The translations under genes were made by a program, and so were the position numbers. Shown here in pieces: positions 49,149 through 58,500 of a stretch of 64,000 bases of DNA. The DNA is from a virus (taxonomy: Duplodnaviria; Caudoviricetes), in IMG/VR virus record IMGVR_UViG_3300010885_021377, positions 16,142 through 80,141 of that record. One strand, given 5' to 3'. The first letter of the stretch is position 1; each line of letters begins with the position of its first letter. The notes beneath the pieces were generated by a model. That model was not told the origin of the DNA. It saw nothing but the letters and a program-made list of their open reading frames with translations, and did no database searches.

Positions 49149-50040
49149 TGTTATAGTTACTGGTGGTTGTGGTTTTATAGGAAGTCATTTAGTTGATAAA
49201 TTAGTAAATGATTATAATGTTTATGTAATTGATGATGAATCTGCCGAATCTAATGATGTTTTTTATAAAAATCCTAAAGCTACTTATTTTAAATTAGATA
49301 TATTAGAAGCGGATAAAATAGATGTATCTATTTTAGAAAATACTAAAACTATATTTCATTTAGCAGCAGAGTCTAGAATAGGTCCAGCGATTAAAAACCC
49401 TACAAAAGCTACAACCACTAATGTAATGGGCACTGTAAAGCTTTTAGAGATTTGTAGAGCCTATAAAATAGATCGATTTATATATTCATCTACTTCTTCT
49501 GTTTATGGGTTAACAGATAAACTTCCTACAGATGAATTGTGTGAAATTGATTGTTTAAATCCTTATGCTTCTACAAAGTTTTGTGGAGAAGAAATGATTA
49601 GAGTATATACTAAATTATATGGAGTAGATTCTTGTATCTTTAGATATTTTAATGTATTTGGTGAAAGATCACCAACTAAAGGAGTTTATGCTCCTGTTAT
49701 CGGTATATTTTTAAATCAATTAAAAAATAATACACCATTAACTATTGTTGGTGATGGTGAACAAAGAAGAGATTTTGTTCATGTTTATGATATAGTTCAA
49801 GCTAATTTATTGGCATTTAATCATAAAGAAAAAATAAATGGATCTACTTTTAATGTTGGTAGTGGAATTAATTATTCTATGAATGAAATAGCTTCGTTTA
49901 TAAGTGATAATTCTACTCACATACCATTTAGAGAAGGAGAAGCTAGACACACTTTAGCAAATATATCAAAAATTAAAAATGTTTTAAATTTTGATCCTAA
50001 AATAGATGTCAAAACTTGGATCTCTACTAAATTAATGTAA
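49129..50040 (+). CDS. NAD-dependent NDP-sugar epimerase/dehydratase
   Basis: TGGCGFIGSHL, HLAA, SSTSSVYG, YASTK, RYFNVFG, RDFVHV. Confidence 0.9.
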   Translation: MNNSKNNVIVTGGCGFIGSHLVDKLVNDYNVYVIDDESAESNDVFYKNPKATYFKLDILEADKIDVSILENTKTIFHLAAESRIGPAIKNPTKATTTNVMGTVKLLEICRAYKIDRFIYSSTSSVYGLTDKLPTDELCEIDCLNPYASTKFCGEEMIRVYTKLYGVDSCIFRYFNVFGERSPTKGVYAPVIGIFLNQLKNNTPLTIVGDGEQRRDFVHVYDIVQANLLAFNHKEKINGSTFNVGSGINYSMNEIASFISDNSTHIPFREGEARHTLANISKIKNVLNFDPKIDVKTWISTKLM

Positions 50041-50175
50041 ATATCATTCAATTACAAGATATGATTTATGTTATAGCGGTATAATCTATGTGAGGTATGT
50101 GCAGACTATATATAAGACAATCGAAATATTATATTGTGCTTCTGGATATTGTATGTTATACTAAAGGAAAATAAG

Positions 50176-50553
50176 ATGGAAGACACAATATTTAATTTTA
50201 TAGATTCGGTTCTTTTCAAAAAGAATATACTAAATACCTTAAATGAAGGAGAAACACAATTCAATCTTTATATGCTTAATCGCTGGTGTAGCATGTATTC
50301 TCCCGATCTTACTCAAGTACTTAACGAGACGGCAAATATCTATGGAAAATCATTTGTTACGAAACAAGAACAATACGAATTTGTATTAAATATGTTTCCT
50401 AAAGTAAAAAAGAAAAGAATCAATTACATCAAAAAAAATAAAGAAGAAAAGATACCAGAAGATACTGATATAAATTATATTGCAAAGTTATCAGAACTTT
50501 CTAAAAGAGAAATAAAACTATATATTGACTTTATACAAAATATAGATAATTAA
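50176..50553 (+). CDS. gp62: Clamp loader small subunit (T4 gp62-like)
   Basis: YMLNRWCSM...LNETAN...KQEQYEFVL...KKKRINYIKK; TTGTGC-17-TATACT upstream; track start 50134. Confidence 0.75.
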   Translation: MEDTIFNFIDSVLFKKNILNTLNEGETQFNLYMLNRWCSMYSPDLTQVLNETANIYGKSFVTKQEQYEFVLNMFPKVKKKRINYIKKNKEEKIPEDTDINYIAKLSELSKREIKLYIDFIQNIDN

Positions 50554-50558
50554 TTTAT

Positions 50559-50978
50559 ATGGCAATGGAAATACCCTCTCACATGGATAATGTGAAACTG
50601 AAAAAAGGAATGATAGATTTAGACGCAAACTCTGAAGGTTGCTTCGGTTTGGATGATTTTAAATTATCTTTTATTTTTGATGACATTGTATTGGTAGAAT
50701 TTATAGATGAAATCGAAGATTCTAAAGGCTCCGCAGTGATGAGAAATGGATTATATGTTCCTACTAACATTAATACTAAAGCATGGAGAAAGGCTAAAGT
50801 TGTACTAGTGGGTCCTAACGTCCAATTTTGCAAAAAGGATGATATTGTAATTTTTCCGAATGATAAAGGTGTTACAGTTTCCAATTTAGAAGTTGATGGA
50901 TACGGAAAAGTAAATAAAGGGATGTTCCTAAACGAACAAAGAATGTTTGGGATTGCGAAGAGAAGCAGCACTAAATAA
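50559..50978 (+). CDS. GroES/Cpn10-like co-chaperonin
   Basis: DDIVLVEF...GLYVP...KAKVVLVGP...KKDDIVIFP. Confidence 0.75.
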   Translation: MAMEIPSHMDNVKLKKGMIDLDANSEGCFGLDDFKLSFIFDDIVLVEFIDEIEDSKGSAVMRNGLYVPTNINTKAWRKAKVVLVGPNVQFCKKDDIVIFPNDKGVTVSNLEVDGYGKVNKGMFLNEQRMFGIAKRSSTK

Positions 50979-50982
50979 TTAA

Positions 50983-51399
50983 GTGCCCAAAAGAGATTAC
51001 AATAACCCTTTAGTACTACAGACCAATTATAGCCAGTTAGAAATGGCATTGAGGAATAATGTCTGCGAACTCTTTATAAAAAGAAGACTTTATGAAAGTG
51101 GTAGACCCGCTTTTAGAAGGATGTTATGTACAAATTCTATGGCATTATTAAATTCTAATAATGGCAGGAGAGTTTTAGGATATCGTCGTCCTAAGGGTTT
51201 ACCCCCATTCAATCCAAGACAGAAGAAATTAGTTATTACATGGGATATATTAATGATGGATTTTAGATGTGTAAATTACGACGAATGTTATTTGGTGTCT
51301 ACTTATCCTATAGCACAAGAACGAGAATTTTGGAAAACTTTTAATAAAGTATATCTTACCATGTCACCTATGGAAAAATTATATTTTATGGATTCTTGA
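50983..51399 (+). CDS. WYL-like/Sm-fold protein
   Basis: LEMALRNNVCELFIKRR...RRMLCT...VITWDI...DFR pattern; GTG start with TAAATA 5 nt upstream. Confidence 0.55.
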   Translation: MPKRDYNNPLVLQTNYSQLEMALRNNVCELFIKRRLYESGRPAFRRMLCTNSMALLNSNNGRRVLGYRRPKGLPPFNPRQKKLVITWDILMMDFRCVNYDECYLVSTYPIAQEREFWKTFNKVYLTMSPMEKLYFMDS

Positions 51400-51428
51400 T
51401 TAACTAAGATTTTCCTTTAAATATGTGA

Positions 51429-51788
51429 ATGGAGACACTGGAGACGGAACTTAGATATTTTTTACAAAGGGATATAGTGCTATCAATAAATAATAAAATT
51501 TTGAAAGAAGGTAAACTAGTAATTTTTAATCAGAAAGATTATTATTATAATTTATATTTAAAGGTTAGTAATACTATACAGAAGAAAATAGAATTGCCTT
51601 ATCCATTTGCTATTAAAAAAGAAAAATCTTATATTATTTTAGACTATACTTTAAATGCTATATCAAAAAATGATACTAATTTGTATTATAAATTGATGGC
51701 ATTGACTCAAAATAATAATTCACGTTTCTACAATAACAAAATTTTATTGTTCGAGAAGAATAGTCTTGATTTGTCTATTGTTACATAG
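51429..51788 (+). CDS. Hypothetical late protein
   Basis: TAAATA 5 nt upstream; 119 aa. Confidence 0.6.
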   Translation: METLETELRYFLQRDIVLSINNKILKEGKLVIFNQKDYYYNLYLKVSNTIQKKIELPYPFAIKKEKSYIILDYTLNAISKNDTNLYYKLMALTQNNNSRFYNNKILLFEKNSLDLSIVT

Positions 51789-51794
51789 TAAGAT
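51766..51794 (+). promoter_or_regulatory. Sigma70-type promoter TTGATT-17-TAAGAT
   Basis: -10 ends 6 nt before ATG 51801. Confidence 0.7.
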
Positions 51795-51800
51795 GTTTGG

Positions 51801-53429
51801 ATGGCTCTACTAGACTATTTTCCAGATGGATTTACTCCACAATCTCAGCAAGTTGATATCATCAATAAAATCGAGGTTGCATTTAATAATGGTTTTAATT
51901 TTGTGGTTTGTTGTGCTCCAACTGGAAGTGGCAAATCGTTTTTATCAAAAACTTTATCGAATAAATCCCCCGAAATTTCCCAAAACTTCAAAGGATTGAT
52001 AGAATCCTATAATGCATTCAGAGTAGATCAATTCGGAGATTTTGCCAAAGCAGAAGAATGTGAATCAGAACCTAGTTTCGGGGCATTTGCATTGACTATT
52101 ACCAAAAGTCTTCAGGACCAATATACAAATCTATTCAAAGATTCTGAAGCACTGAAAGGTAAAAGTAATTATCTTTGTAGAGTAGATCCAAGTTATAATG
52201 TGGACTTTGCTCCCTGCCACTTTAATCCCAGAATTAAAGAATCTTGTTTAGTAAATTCTACCTGTGATTATTATTGTGCTAGAAGAGATACGTTAGTCAA
52301 TAAACTCGGAATTCTCAATTATAGCATGTTTATGTCTTTGCCTGAGCATGTTAAGAAGAGGGAATATATCATTTGTGACGAAGCTTCTGAACTAGAATCA
52401 GAATTGGTAAAAAGATTTAGTCGAAGTTTAAACTACAAAATACTCAAACGGCTAGGATACAAACCTATTGATATTCCGGTAGAAAATTATGGAAAATTCA
52501 GAGTTTGGTTGGGGGAATTGATCCTAAAACTGGGTAATGAAGTAGAAGATATCAAAAAACTTTTAGGGAAAAAGAAAAAGAATACCTCTACTGCTGATAC
52601 GGATGTGCAGAGATTTAAGTTATTCAGTAATCTATTAGCACAGATTAAAACCACGGTAGATACATGGGAAGATTGTGAATATGTCATAGAACATAACTTA
52701 GAAGGTGTAACACTAAAACCACTTCGTGTAGATAATCTTGCTAAACATATTTTTAAATATGGTAAAAAAATACTATTAATGTCTGCAACGATTATCGATC
52801 ATGTAAGTTTTTGTAAGACATTAGGTATTGAAAAGTATCAATATATCGAAGTGGATTCGACCTTTGATCCTAAAAATGCTCCGATCTATGTAACAACCGG
52901 AAGTAAATTAAATTACAAGAATCTCAAAGAGAAACTTCCGGTATTAAAAGATAATATATTAAAAATCTGTGAATTTCATAAAAATGTAAAAGGGGTTATT
53001 CATACCCATACTATGGAAATTACACAATATCTTAAAGATAATATCGATGATCCTAGATTCCTATTCCGGTTGGATGGTGCTAATAACGAACAAATCATCC
53101 AACGACACATAGAAGCCACTGGACCGACCATCCTAGTGAGCCCTTCGATGACATATGGAGTTGATCTGAAAGAGGATTTGGCTAGGTTTCAGATTGTAGC
53201 AAAAGCTGCATACATGCCGCTAAATGATGAACGTATCAAAAAGTTATTTAAAGAAGACCCTAATTGGTATGTGAATCAAATGCTGAATCAATTGATTCAG
53301 GCATGCGGAAGAGGAGTTAGAACTAAAAATGATAAATGTATCACATATATTATGGATGGTACTATAACTGATGCAGTTATTAGAAATTCCAAGAAACTAC
53401 CGAAATACTTTTTAAAAAGGTTTGTTTAG
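51801..53429 (+). CDS. DinG/XPD-family SF2 helicase with predicted Fe-S cluster
   Basis: APTGSGKS, KGKSNYLC...C...C...C, DEASE, MSAT, GVD, QACGRGVR. Confidence 0.88.
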   Translation: MALLDYFPDGFTPQSQQVDIINKIEVAFNNGFNFVVCCAPTGSGKSFLSKTLSNKSPEISQNFKGLIESYNAFRVDQFGDFAKAEECESEPSFGAFALTITKSLQDQYTNLFKDSEALKGKSNYLCRVDPSYNVDFAPCHFNPRIKESCLVNSTCDYYCARRDTLVNKLGILNYSMFMSLPEHVKKREYIICDEASELESELVKRFSRSLNYKILKRLGYKPIDIPVENYGKFRVWLGELILKLGNEVEDIKKLLGKKKKNTSTADTDVQRFKLFSNLLAQIKTTVDTWEDCEYVIEHNLEGVTLKPLRVDNLAKHIFKYGKKILLMSATIIDHVSFCKTLGIEKYQYIEVDSTFDPKNAPIYVTTGSKLNYKNLKEKLPVLKDNILKICEFHKNVKGVIHTHTMEITQYLKDNIDDPRFLFRLDGANNEQIIQRHIEATGPTILVSPSMTYGVDLKEDLARFQIVAKAAYMPLNDERIKKLFKEDPNWYVNQMLNQLIQACGRGVRTKNDKCITYIMDGTITDAVIRNSKKLPKYFLKRFV

Positions 53430-53444
53430 ACAGTAAATACAAAC

Positions 53445-54596
53445 ATGTATAATAACGGTTTCTATTTTGAAATTCATGATTTATTGACTCAATTCATTGC
53501 AGCAATGGATGATGTCATAATTTCTAGACACAATAAAAATAGAGATGCCAAGGAAAAAATTAAAGTACGATATATTCATGCTCCCAAAGAACGAGTAATT
53601 CATGATATAGTAAATAAAGCACAAAATATTACAGTACCAGTAATATCAATACATACTACTTCTATATCAAGAGATGAAAATAGAGTTTTTAATAAAATAG
53701 CAGGTTTTTACCAGCCAGTAAATAGTAACTCCACCAGTAAACATACGGCACATGTAAGAATGCCGCTTCCTGTAAATTTAACGGTATCGGTAGACATATT
53801 AACTAATTATCAAAGTGATATGGATCAGATAATATCTAATTTTGCTCCATATTCTAATCCGTATATTGTAATAAGTTGGAAGATACCCGATTCATTTGGC
53901 TTACAGACTGATAATGAAATACGATCCGAAGTGTTATGGGATGGAACTATTAATCTAGAATATCCCATAGATGTTACGTCTGCCGATAAACCCAGATTCA
54001 TTGCAACAACTTCCTTTACTATAAAAGGGTGGTTATTCCCTAAAGCTTATGAAGATTATGTAAATAATATATATTTTGTAGATTCTAACTTCAGAACTTC
54101 GAGTAAATTGTTATTTGATTCTTTCAGTGATAGCCTTACTGCTGAAAATTATATCTATGATGCATCCGCAGGTATTTTGAATGAAAACGAAATGGTTTAT
54201 ATTTCAGGTGCTCCAGTAATATCTAACTTATATTTAAATACCGCAGGATCTACGAGAGAGTTATCGGGGATAGACCAAGTTATACAAAGTTCTAATTCTA
54301 ATATGACATTTACAATATTAGGTCAAAATTTTCAATATACTACTAATATATTATTAAGTAGTAATTCTGATACTCTTTATACTAATTATTCTTCTTTCGG
54401 ATTTACATATTATCCCACCGTAAGTGGGTTTATATTACCTAAATCTAATTATACAGTTTTGAATAAAAATGCGATTCATGTATCATTGCCTAGATTATCG
54501 GAAGATGCTGAAATAAATTTTGTAGTTTTGAATAATATAGGATGGAAAGATACAAACTCTATAAATACTAAATTAGTATTTCTTTCTGCGTCTTAA
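53445..54596 (+). CDS. gp15: Tail sheath stabiliser/tail completion protein (gp15-like) with C-terminal Ig-like extension
   Basis: YFEIHDLLTQFIAAMDD...KIKVRYIHAPKER...MPLPVNL...QIISNFAPY...FTIKGWLF. Confidence 0.8.
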   Translation: MYNNGFYFEIHDLLTQFIAAMDDVIISRHNKNRDAKEKIKVRYIHAPKERVIHDIVNKAQNITVPVISIHTTSISRDENRVFNKIAGFYQPVNSNSTSKHTAHVRMPLPVNLTVSVDILTNYQSDMDQIISNFAPYSNPYIVISWKIPDSFGLQTDNEIRSEVLWDGTINLEYPIDVTSADKPRFIATTSFTIKGWLFPKAYEDYVNNIYFVDSNFRTSSKLLFDSFSDSLTAENYIYDASAGILNENEMVYISGAPVISNLYLNTAGSTRELSGIDQVIQSSNSNMTFTILGQNFQYTTNILLSSNSDTLYTNYSSFGFTYYPTVSGFILPKSNYTVLNKNAIHVSLPRLSEDAEINFVVLNNIGWKDTNSINTKLVFLSAS

Positions 54597-54611
54597 TAGA
54601 TAAATACCAAC

Positions 54612-56444
54612 ATGCCGACGAATTCAGATGATGGGAAAGGTTCTACCTTTGGAAGAGATTTAATGTCTTACATTTCTTCGAAATTGCCGTATGGAAATTT
54701 CGATGTATCTCAGCTTACTAACACATTAAATCCTAAATATAAATATTTTGAAGAAATGGGTACTAAACGAGCTGAAGTACTAGCTCGTCATTCCATTTCA
54801 CAAAATTATGATTATAATAATCATTCGGTAGGAGATATAACATCTGATAAGCGTTATAGTGAGGTGATGTATGCTAACATCCAAAAGGATAAGTTAGCAA
54901 GAGTTCGAGATTATAGAATAATGGGGGCATTTTCGGAAGTGGCTAATGCCTTAGATGAAATTTGTGACGAAACTGTTAATATAGATTCTCATACAAACAG
55001 TTGTATGAATTTGAAGTTTAAAAATTTATCTTTATCAAATTTTCAAACAGAAACTTTACAAACAGAATTTTTAAAATATACTGCACATTTTGATTTCGAG
55101 CATAAGGGATGGTCATATTACAGACAGCTTTTGATTGAGGGTGAAATATACTGGGAGCATATTATACACAAAGACTATCCAGAAGAAGGTATACTTGGAG
55201 TAATTCAAGTTCCATCGGAATTGATAGATCCGGTATTTTCTAATGTTCAAAATGTTTTAGTTAAGGGATATTTATATAGAAAACCTAAATTCGATCCAAA
55301 TAATCCATTGAAACAAATAGGTGTGGATTATATTCCAATGGATAAGAGTCAAATCACATATGTTAATTCTGATGTGTGGAATGAATCTAAGACCATGCGT
55401 CTACCGTTTTTAGAAAATGCCAGACGAGCCTATCGACAATTATCAATGATAGAAGATTCTATTGTAATCTATCGTTTGGCTAGAGCACCAGAAAGATTGG
55501 TGTTTAATGTTGATGTAGGTAATATGCCTGCTCCTAAGGCCGAAGCATATCTACGAAAATTAATTTCATCGTATTGGGCATCAAAGACTTATGACCCAGA
55601 TAAGGGTGGTATTGTACAAAAATTCAATCCACAATCGATTCTCGATAATTTCTGGTTTGCTAAACGTGCCGGGTCCGAAGGTACTAAAATAGATCAGTTA
55701 GCTGGGGCATCTAATTTAGGAGAATTGACAGATTTGATGTATTTTGTCAAGAAATTATATTCATCTTTAAAAGTTCCCACTACTCGTTTAGATCCGCAAG
55801 ATGCATTCAGAGATGGTGCAGATATGCTTCGAGAAGAATTAAAATTTGCAAGATTTATAATTCGTCAGCAGCAATTATTTTCATATGGGATTAAAAGTGG
55901 GTTTGTTACTCATTTGCAGATGAAAGGCTTATGGAAAGATTTTGATATTACTGAGGAGTCTTTGCAAATCGAATTTAATGTCCCGACTAATTTTTATGAA
56001 CTCAGAGAGAGTCAGAAATTAGAATTGAAAGTTGCAAATTTTGGTAATCTAGCTGCAAACGAATCTGTGTCTCCCACTTTTGCTCAAAAAAGATATTTGG
56101 GTTGGACTGATATAGATATTAAAGCTAATCGAGAATTCTTAAGAAAGGATAAAGAACTTCGCTGGGAATTAACTCAAATTGAAACACTAGGTCCTAAATG
56201 GAAAGAAATTCTTTCTGCACAAGCAGAGGCTGGTGCAGGAGCAGCAGGTCCAGAAGCAGGAGCAGCAGGTCCAGAAGGTGGTGGAGGAGGAGGAGGTGCT
56301 GGAGGTATGCCTCCAGCATTTGCTGGTGGTCCCGCAACAGTAGGACCAGAAGGTGGGGAAGCTGGTGGTGCCCCTACAGAAGGTAGTGCCCCTACAGAAG
56401 GTAGAGCTGATTCTGGAGGTGCTACTCCAGAATCAGCAGCATAA
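54612..56444 (+). CDS. gp20: Portal protein (T4 gp20-like)
   Basis: EVANALDEICDE, MIEDSIVIYRLARAPERLVFNVDVGNMPAPKAEAYLR, LYSSLKVP, REELKFARFI. Confidence 0.96.
   Translation: MPTNSDDGKGSTFGRDLMSYISSKLPYGNFDVSQLTNTLNPKYKYFEEMGTKRAEVLARHSISQNYDYNNHSVGDITSDKRYSEVMYANIQKDKLARVRDYRIMGAFSEVANALDEICDETVNIDSHTNSCMNLKFKNLSLSNFQTETLQTEFLKYTAHFDFEHKGWSYYRQLLIEGEIYWEHIIHKDYPEEGILGVIQVPSELIDPVFSNVQNVLVKGYLYRKPKFDPNNPLKQIGVDYIPMDKSQITYVNSDVWNESKTMRLPFLENARRAYRQLSMIEDSIVIYRLARAPERLVFNVDVGNMPAPKAEAYLRKLISSYWASKTYDPDKGGIVQKFNPQSILDNFWFAKRAGSEGTKIDQLAGASNLGELTDLMYFVKKLYSSLKVPTTRLDPQDAFRDGADMLREELKFARFIIRQQQLFSYGIKSGFVTHLQMKGLWKDFDITEESLQIEFNVPTNFYELRESQKLELKVANFGNLAANESVSPTFAQKRYLGWTDIDIKANREFLRKDKELRWELTQIETLGPKWKEILSAQAEAGAGAAGPEAGAAGPEGGGGGGGAGGMPPAFAGGPATVGPEGGEAGGAPTEGSAPTEGRADSGGATPESAA
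56235..56403. repeat. Short in-frame tandem repeats in the portal C-terminal low-complexity tail
   Basis: GCAGGAGCAGCAGGTCCAGAA x2 (56235-56276) and GTGCCCCTACAGAAGGTA x2 (56368-56403). Confidence 0.9.
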
Positions 56445-56453
56445 TAAATTAGA

Positions 56454-57296
56454 TTATTTCAATTTTAACATATCACCAGAATCTCCGATATATTTCAATT
56501 CTAAAATATCTCCATTTTGAAATTTATGTTTTGTATTATTAGTTCTGATTACTTTATACAAATTATTTTGATTAATTTGTTTTATTATAGCATAAGATAT
56601 AATTTTGCGTAATTCGTGTGTGCTATCTACAAGAAATTTAAGTTCGCCATTTACTATTAAATGCCATTGCTTTCTTTTAGGATGTATATAATCTGATCCT
56701 ATACTCTCTTTAAATGATTTACCTTTGGTTGGATTTGTAAATGCAACAATATTATATCTTTCTGAAGCTGATATACCTTTTAGTTTTTCGCTCATTCTTT
56801 TATATCCAGCCAATTCATATTCTGTAAATTCTTTATTATTTAAACGATTTTTTCTATTTTTATAATGTTTTGTTCTATTTTCAGTAAATTTCCATTTAAG
56901 CTTACTTAATCTTTTATGATTCAAAATCTCGGATTCAGTAAATCCCTTCTCTTTTCTTCTTTTTTCTCGATTTTCTAATGATTTTTTTCTTTGTTCTTTG
57001 GTAAGATGATTGAAATTATTACCAGCATCTTCAACTATAAGATTTGCGAAATCTTTAGATTCGACAACATTATATAATTTCGAATAATATAATCCATTTA
57101 TTCTAGCATCTTCTACTGATGTATATTCTCCTAATATTTCAGTGGAAATGTGCTTTGCGTATTTTTTAATATGAGATTTCCAATATTTTCCCGATCCTGA
57201 ATAAATATAACAAGAGGCACAGTCACCAAAATGATAACAAAGATATTTCAATTTAGTTATATTATGAGTTTTTATCATTAAAAAATGTTTCTTCAC
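56454..57296 (-). mobile_element. Free-standing GIY-YIG (Seg-like) homing endonuclease gene
   Basis: FLMIKTHNITKLKYLC...YSGSGKYW...ISTEILG...FAN; basic C-terminal region; opposite strand between portal and neck genes; own TAAATA 5 nt before GTG. Confidence 0.7.
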
Positions 57297-57306
57297 TAAT
57301 ATATTT

Positions 57307-58482
57307 ATGAGCCAATGCGCAATAACTCCTCTTTCCGCTTTTCAAAGCACTAATTTAAATAGTAAAATAGACAGTTTCCAGAGATTGGCAGATCGAATCG
57401 TTCGTTCTTTGGGTGCTCCGTTAATTTCTATAGAAATACATCAAGATCAAATATTCGAGGCCATATCTATGGCTTGTGAAATGTTTTCTAAATATGCGGG
57501 TTATACTAAAGAATATTTAATTTTAGATTCTAATTTGTATGAAAAGGGGAGAGGATTAAGATTAGATTATCTTTACACCTTAGCTAAGATGGATCTAACT
57601 GATAGGCAAATTGCTACTCATGCAACAGTATCTACTGATACCGCTCCATATCTAACTACTCCGAATACTTATTTTATTTCAGTTTCGGCTTTAGATAAAG
57701 CATTTTTTCTTATAAATCCTGAACTATCTAGTACTTATACAGATGGTCTGGAGAGAAATGTAATATTAACCGGACCCTCATATACTAAAATGGTATCAGC
57801 ATTTTCGGTAGATCCGGTATTAAATGTAATACCTATTTCTAGTTATTTTGTATCATCTAATCGTCAAAATATCAGTATGAATGGTGAAGTAGATCATAGC
57901 CAAAAAACTGTTATTTATAATAATATGTTCGATTATGATCTGATGGACTATCGAAAAGTTATATCCGTCACCGATTTTGAAGAAGGAGCATCTACTGGAA
58001 TTAATACTTTATTTACTATCGAACAGACTTTGGCTCAACAAACTTATTTCAGTTATGCTATGGGTAATTATGGATTCGATCTTATAAGTTGGTATACAGT
58101 AAAAAATTGGCTAGAAACTAGAGAGAAAGTATTGGCAACGAAAAGATCCTATGAATTTAATGATAGGACTCAATATATGAAAATATATCCAGAACCTAAT
58201 GCTAATGTTAGATTTTATGGAGTCATAAGTTGTTATATCGAAAAGCCAATACGAGATTTAATAAAAGAAATTTGGGTTTATCAGTATTCGTTGGCATTAA
58301 CTAAAATAATGGTTGGACAGACTAGAAGTAAATTCAGTCAAGTCAACTTATTTGGTGGGCAAGTATTCACTACGGAGGTTATGTCTCAAGGTATAGAGGA
58401 AAGGAATAAGCTGGAAGAACAATTGTATACTAATGCTGCTGGTCTGGGAGATTCGGATCCAGCTTTCTTTTTTGTAGGATAA
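57307..58482 (+). CDS. gp13: Neck protein (T4 gp13-like)
   Basis: RIVRSLGAPLISIEI...EMFSKY...WVYQYSLALTKIMVGQTRSKF...GIEERNKLEEQL. Confidence 0.8.
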   Translation: MSQCAITPLSAFQSTNLNSKIDSFQRLADRIVRSLGAPLISIEIHQDQIFEAISMACEMFSKYAGYTKEYLILDSNLYEKGRGLRLDYLYTLAKMDLTDRQIATHATVSTDTAPYLTTPNTYFISVSALDKAFFLINPELSSTYTDGLERNVILTGPSYTKMVSAFSVDPVLNVIPISSYFVSSNRQNISMNGEVDHSQKTVIYNNMFDYDLMDYRKVISVTDFEEGASTGINTLFTIEQTLAQQTYFSYAMGNYGFDLISWYTVKNWLETREKVLATKRSYEFNDRTQYMKIYPEPNANVRFYGVISCYIEKPIRDLIKEIWVYQYSLALTKIMVGQTRSKFSQVNLFGGQVFTTEVMSQGIEERNKLEEQLYTNAAGLGDSDPAFFFVG

Positions 58483-58500
58483 TTTATATTAAATACTTAT

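Noticed and set aside
50041-50133. Intergenic gap after the glycan locus as ncRNA, tRNA or origin
   Set aside because: No cloverleaf, strong hairpin or iteron found by eye; only a lone TATAAT followed by ATG-TGA.
51801-53429. DinG as part of a type IV CRISPR system
   Set aside because: No Cas5/Cas7/Cas6 genes or array nearby.
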